Shown: piece by piece, positions 58,444 to 64,000 of the stretch | Position numbering within the stretch: the first letter of the stretch is position 1 | How the letters are laid out: every line of letters begins with the position of its first letter | DNA from: Eledone cirrhosa | Lineage: Eukaryota | Reading direction: 5' to 3' | Length of the DNA stretch: 64,000 nucleotides | NCBI GenBank assembly: GCA_964016885.1 | Contig: OZ024740.1 | Location: 387,996,001-388,060,000 of the forward strand | The notes under the pieces: model-generated | Told to the model about the DNA's origin: nothing | Seen by the model: the letters and a program-made list of their open reading frames with translations, nothing else | The model's database searches: none | Translations under genes and position numbers: made by a program

Positions 58444-58449
<6 letters not shown>
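57848..58449 (-). mobile_element. ORF-less ~447-bp unit with ~160-bp terminal direct repeat and a degenerate hammerhead (retrozyme-like)
   Basis: 57848-58008 matches 58295-58449; hammerhead-like motif at 58071-58128; related fragment at 63194-63275. Confidence 0.6.
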
Positions 58450-58509
<60 letters not shown>

Positions 58510-58637
58510 AAAGTTCTATTTAAAATTGTTGGGATACAACAAGTAAATATTTTATAACTGATATAAAGCAATCGACAAGTTTTTGGAGTAGATATACGAT
58601 ATTAATAAATGGAAACTATATTTATAAAACCATATTT

Positions 58638-58700
58638 ATTTCATTATACATATTTCAGGGATACCAAATTAAAATATGGTATGCCTTCATCAGACAAAAT
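58638..58700 (-). ncRNA. Type I hammerhead in a pseudo-LTR remnant
   Basis: ATTTTGT CTGATGA AGGcATACCA tattttaatt TGGTATcCCT GAA ATATGTAT A|ATGAAAT; 3' tail shared with 15001-15060. Confidence 0.8.
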
Positions 58701-58946
58701 ACAATATATAAACAGTTTTATAAATAATTTTGACGTACCCTATTAAATGCAACCATTATTTTTGGAAGCTGTCTGGATAGTGAAATGTTTATATTATTTT
58801 ATTAGTTATAGTGTTAAGCACAATTAGAAAAAGACGGAAAGAAAGAAAGAAATATGTGTGTGTATATGTGTGTGTATATATATATATATATATAAATATA
58901 TATATATGTATATATGTATATATGTATATGTATGTGTATCTGTATA

Positions 58947-58977
<31 letters not shown>

Positions 58978-59046
58978 GTGTGAATGAAGTAATTCCGTCG
59001 GAAAAGTCAAGCAAAAAAGAGTGCTCTATGTAGGTAACAGAGCTTA

Positions 59047-59303
59047 ATTATTATTATTATGTAATAAACAACATAAGGCAATTATTCCATTTACCAGTGG
59101 TTTCTTAAAAGCAAAAGGTTTTGCTTTCAATCCTCAGAATAAAAAAATCCTGGTCTGTTTATTGAATTTGGATTTTAAAATCCAAATTCAATAAACAGAC
59201 CAGGATTTTTTAATTCTGAGGATTGAAAGCAAAACCTTTTGCTTTTAAGAAACCACTGGTAAATGGAATAATTGCCTTATGTTGTTTATTACATAATAAT
59301 AAT
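59047..59303. ncRNA. Near-perfect ~255-bp palindrome carrying two canonical hammerheads (59089-59140 minus, 59213-59264 plus)
   Basis: ATT CTGAGGA TTGAAAGCAAA acct TTTGCTTTTAA GAA ACC act GGT A|AAT; centre ggattttaaaatcc, no spacer. Confidence 0.9.
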
Positions 59304-59353
59304 ATATATATGTATATAATGTATATATATGTATATATATGTGTGTGTATGTG

Positions 59354-59379
<26 letters not shown>

Positions 59380-59384
<5 letters not shown>

Positions 59385-60053
59385 TGGTAAACGGAATAGA
59401 AAATGCTGACAAATTGTTCACAGTGAAAAATAGTTTAATTAGGAATAAATGAGAATTAGTAATAGTATTGGTGAGTATTCAGTTTTGGTTTTAAGTTTTA
59501 CCGGTTGCGCATTTCTTAATGCTTTTCAAAAATAATTTTGAGATAGAGCGTCCGTGATGTTTGCTCTGATCTGATTAGTTTTGGGAATTATACCTGTTTT
59601 TATGTTAAAAAAGTGGCTCCAGCGCTATTAAAATTGGTTTTTGCGCCAATTCGTGTTGCAAAAATTCTTGTGGTCAAAACAATTTTGATTGGTCGGTAGA
59701 AGTCATGTGAATGTAAAAAATTGATTTTGCGCCAAGACTGAGAAATGACTCTTTCACAACAAATATGTGTGTGTGTGTGTGTGTGTGTAGTAGTAGTAAA
59801 GTGTTCGTTGTCGTGATAATGGTTAGCAGGGATGTGTGTGCAAACCGCAGCCTGTTGACAGTTCAAATGCCCATTAAGCGAAGTGTGTGTGTGTGTGTGT
59901 GTGTGCGTGTGTGTGTGTGTGTGTGCGTGTGTGTGTGTGTGTGTAGCAGAGTAATTCGTGGTAGAGGGATGGTCAGTAGGAATGAGTCTGTAAGTGAGTG
60001 GGGGATATTTTAACATGTTAAAAGATATTTTTCAGCTCTTGTCTTATACGGAG

Positions 60054-60116
<63 letters not shown>

Positions 60117-60311
60117 AGTATCTTTGTATGTTAATGTACGCGTGTGTATGTGTGTGTGTATATATGTGTGTGTGAGAATGTGTGTGTGTGTGTGGGTGGA
60201 CCAGTATTTTTTTCCCTGGTAAAATGGTGTACATTATTCGATATTTTCAGTAAAATCGATTCTCTCAATAGAACATCAAAAACCTTAACAATAAAAGGTG
60301 TGAAATGATAT

Positions 60312-60353
<42 letters not shown>

Positions 60354-60356
60354 TAT

Positions 60357-60423
<67 letters not shown>

Positions 60424-61070
60424 GTTGCACCATAGAACATGTGTGTTTACGTATGTCATTGTGTTTATATGTGGGTAGAGATGTGTGCTGATGTAGGTAT
60501 GTATGTTGACGTGTGTATGTTGTGGGTTCGTCTTAGGGAGAAGTATTTAGACGGGGTCCGTATTTGTTAATAAAGTAAGATTCCTTGCTGATGCGCTGAG
60601 TGTGGGTGGCATTATCTTTAAATTTGTAGAGGGGAAAGATTCTGAAGTTGGGATGATTTTGGGCGGCACAGGTATCAATGTGTTCACTCAGTGGTATTTT
60701 CCTGTATTCCCGTATTTTAATTTGGGATCTATGGACATTCACATGACCTCTACCGACCAATCAAAATTGTTTTGACCACAAGAATTTTTGCAACACGAAT
60801 TGGCGCAAAAACCAATTTTAATAGCGCTGGAGCCACTTTTTTAACATAAAAACAGGTATAATTCCCAAAACTAATCAGATCAGAGCAAACATCACGGACG
60901 CTCTATCTCAAAATTATTTTTGAAAAGCATTAAGAAATGCGCAACCGGTAAAACTTAAAACCAAAACTGAATACTCACCAATACTATTACTAATTCTCAT
61001 TTATTCCTAATTAAACTATTTTTCACTGTGAACAATTTGTCAGCATTTTCTATTCCGTTTACCAATATAT
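59380..61070 (-). mobile_element. 5'-truncated PLE with inverted pseudo-LTR (~335-bp arms) around a GIY-YIG C-terminus
   Basis: 59380-59714 matches the reverse complement of 60735-61070; ORF 60533-60740 ...HRSQI..PLSEHIDTC..RISKESYFINKYGPRLN; U3-A8 hammerhead-like motif in each arm. Confidence 0.9.
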
Positions 61071-61100
61071 AATAACTTGTGTGTTTCACCTCTATTCTTT

Positions 61101-61151
<51 letters not shown>

Positions 61152-61240
61152 GTATGTATGTGTGTGTATATATACATATATATATATATAAATCAGGAAA
61201 GAAGGTTTACATGGTTTGCTATACAAAAAAGTTTTTAATC

Positions 61241-61355
61241 ACATAGCTTACATTTGTTTCACTGAACTGGTATGTCTAGAGATCGCTATCCGCCTAATTT
61301 TGCGTCACTCGATCGCCAATACAGAATTATAACCAGTCAGATCTTCGGAGCATGC
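61241..61355 (-). ncRNA. Hammerhead with ~85-nt stem II and CCGAAGA core
   Basis: GCATGCT CCGAAGA tCTGACTGGT...ACCAGtTCAGt GAAAC AAAT GTA|AGCtATGT. Confidence 0.7.
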
Positions 61356-62067
61356 GAGAATGAAGAAAATACACAGGCAAGAAAAGAAAGAAAATATGGA
61401 GTAGTTATGGCATTCAATTAGAACAATAACAACAATTACAACAATGCTATCAATAAACTATTTAAGGAGACCCTGACATTACTTAGGTGGGGGGGGTATA
61501 TAATGTATCTAATGTTACGGCGTGAAAACCAGCTGTCATAAGGCAAAAAGTATCGTAGTGTGTATCAATTTTAAATTATAAAGATAAGCTAGTTTTTACA
61601 GTCTTCCTCTTCATCTTCAACCGTATACATGAGTGGGACCACTGTCAAAGCTCAATAGTTGTAGAGTTAATACAGAGGTTAACGAATTAATATACGCATA
61701 TATCTACGCACACACACACACACACATATATATATATAAATATATATACACATATATGTGTACATAGACACATACATACACATCAATATACACTCGTACA
61801 AAAATATACATACATGCAAAGAGAAAAGCGTGCTAATTGTAATTATGGCAAAAAGAAGGTAAAGTAACATTGTAGTAGTGAAATGAGAAAAAACTAGGAT
61901 CTAGGATCAAATGATTGCAGCAGCTGAGAAGGAGTAAGATTGTTGGTAGATGAGGTACTTACAGACAATTGTGTGGTATAGACTTGTGAAGGAAATAGTA
62001 TACTTAATGAATATATTTCTGTGGGTAGTAGGTATCCTAATTTAAAGCTATGTTATGTTGGTTCGAT

Positions 62068-62510
62068 TCACGGAGGTTTGAATCTTATGAATTTAGTGGC
62101 TATTCTATGTCTGCAGAAGATAGATCTTTCTAACTTATTATTAAGTAGCCTTTTAACATTTCTAAGGATATACAATAGCTCAAGATCACACAGCCCGCAA
62201 TAGGACATCCCTGTACTATAGGTTTTAGCAGCCGACAACTTCGACCAGTTGATAGTGTAGCTAGCGTTGCTGTCCTTCAATTCCCATATTTTTCTGGCGA
62301 GGGTGGTGGAACCCATAAGTGCACGGTTTTTCATCGAGTGCCTGTGCACATACCATCTTTTCTTAAAAGAACCCGCGGTGGATCCTATGTAATTCCAGGT
62401 GGAGTTACCCGAGATGACAGTGCACATGTACACCAGGCTCGAATCGAGACATCTGTTCGCCAATGGGCACCTATCTGGGAGGTGACAGTTGCAGTTTGAG
62501 TGGACTGCAT
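62068..62510 (-). mobile_element. Naiad-type GIY-YIG fragment (open frame)
   Basis: CNCHLPDRCPLANRC..LVYMC..YIGSTAGSFKKRWYVHRHS..CGLCDLE..LLN..CRHR. Confidence 0.9.
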
Positions 62511-62531
62511 TTAACTATTATTTGTTAATCC

Positions 62532-62595
<64 letters not shown>

Positions 62596-62748
62596 ATGTG
62601 CGTGTGTATATATGTGTGTATATATATATGTATGTGTATATATATGTGTGTATGTGTGTATGTATATATATATGTGTATATACATGTATGTGTGTGTGTA
62701 TATATATGTATATATGTGTGTATATGTGTATATGTATATATATATATG

Positions 62749-62833
62749 TGCTCTACGGTTCTTATATATTTGATATATATTTATTCGTATCGAGCCCTCT
62801 TTGGATTTTAGTCTTCAAATTTATTATTATTAC

Positions 62834-62836
<3 letters not shown>
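62749..62836 (+). mobile_element. Naiad pseudo-LTR terminal fragment in (TA)n
   Basis: Matches 45041-45128. Confidence 0.85.
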
Positions 62837-62872
<36 letters not shown>

Positions 62873-62905
62873 ATCTGTATGTGTATATGTATATATATGT
62901 GTATA

Positions 62906-63104
<199 letters not shown>

Positions 63105-63283
63105 CTGTGTATATATATATATATTTGTGTATTTATTATATGTATTTATATGTGTAGGTGTGTTTGTATATTTATATATATATAAATGGAAAAAATGAAA
63201 CGAAATTTCATTTCTCACTCTTAGTTCGGCTGTTACATGTATGTAAGTATACATGTATGTACGTATACATACTTATATATATG

Positions 63284-63343
<60 letters not shown>

Positions 63344-64000
63344 GATTTGTTTCAGCACAGATTCGGTAGACCAATATTAATTCATAAAACATTGGCATGC
63401 TTAAATCCAGCAGAGAAAACATTTGTCCAATGTAATATCGAACCTTAAACCGCAGAATGACAATGACATTCTTACCTACGATGTTTACTTTTTTCTTCTA
63501 AAAATAATGTCGACAAGTCTTATTGTAATGCTCTAGGAAGGGTGACCTGCCATAAGTTTAAATGAAGTTATGTTTGCATTCAAGACATTTACCTTCTTTT
63601 TTAAAAATCAAGCTAATATTGAATTCATAGATAAATAGGTGCTAAGTCATTCGGTGTTGATTTTTCTTCGTTACCTCCTTACTATTTACAACTATGCGCC
63701 AATGTAAGAAATTGCTTCATTAGTTCATCAATTATTTGAAGCTTTAACCTATGCGTAACAGAAATCAAAATCAGACCAATATTAAGAAACAATTTCAGGC
63801 TTTCTATTTCAGCTTTCATAATCATTTTAAAATGTTTTCGAGTAATGTATTCCTAAGTGAAATATGGACAATGATTTCCCCCCCAGAGCTACATATCAAA
63901 GTTCATATCCTGTTCACATTTCATTTAAAAAGGGGTGTATTGGCAGACAGTGTATATGATCAATTCTCAGACATATTTTAAGTCAATATAAGGCATTATA

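Noticed and set aside
58657-58680. Apparent 20-nt microexon (ttcag|...|gtatg)
   Set aside because: It is the antisense of a hammerhead stem II

Overview
AT-rich, microsatellite-dense animal genomic DNA, probably an octopus/cephalopod (inferred from the SINE families and repeat style). It contains no clearly recognisable host gene, and almost all long ORFs in the track are microsatellite artefacts. Content: (i) a near full-length Tx1/L1-clade LINE plus four partial copies at (AAT)n sites; (ii) R4/Dong-type RLE LINEs, one copy in (AAT)n and a second family always bounded by (ATGT)n/(CATA)n; (iii) RTE fragments and RTE-derived non-autonomous elements; (iv) about ten tRNA-head SINEs; (v) many Penelope-like elements (PLEs), including a near-intact Naiad-type copy, and their pseudo-LTR remnants embedded in (TA)n. 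The main hidden signal is about 30 hammerhead ribozyme (HHR) motifs, intact, degenerate or half, from roughly a dozen sequence families. They include fixed non-canonical cores (CAGAAGA; UUGAAAA, a U3-A8 swap), very long stem II variants and an ORF-less retrozyme-like unit. A series of fold-back palindromes turn at ribozyme stems or (TA)n tails, suggesting snap-back self-priming during integration. All RNA folds were assigned by eye and coordinates may be off by a few bases.
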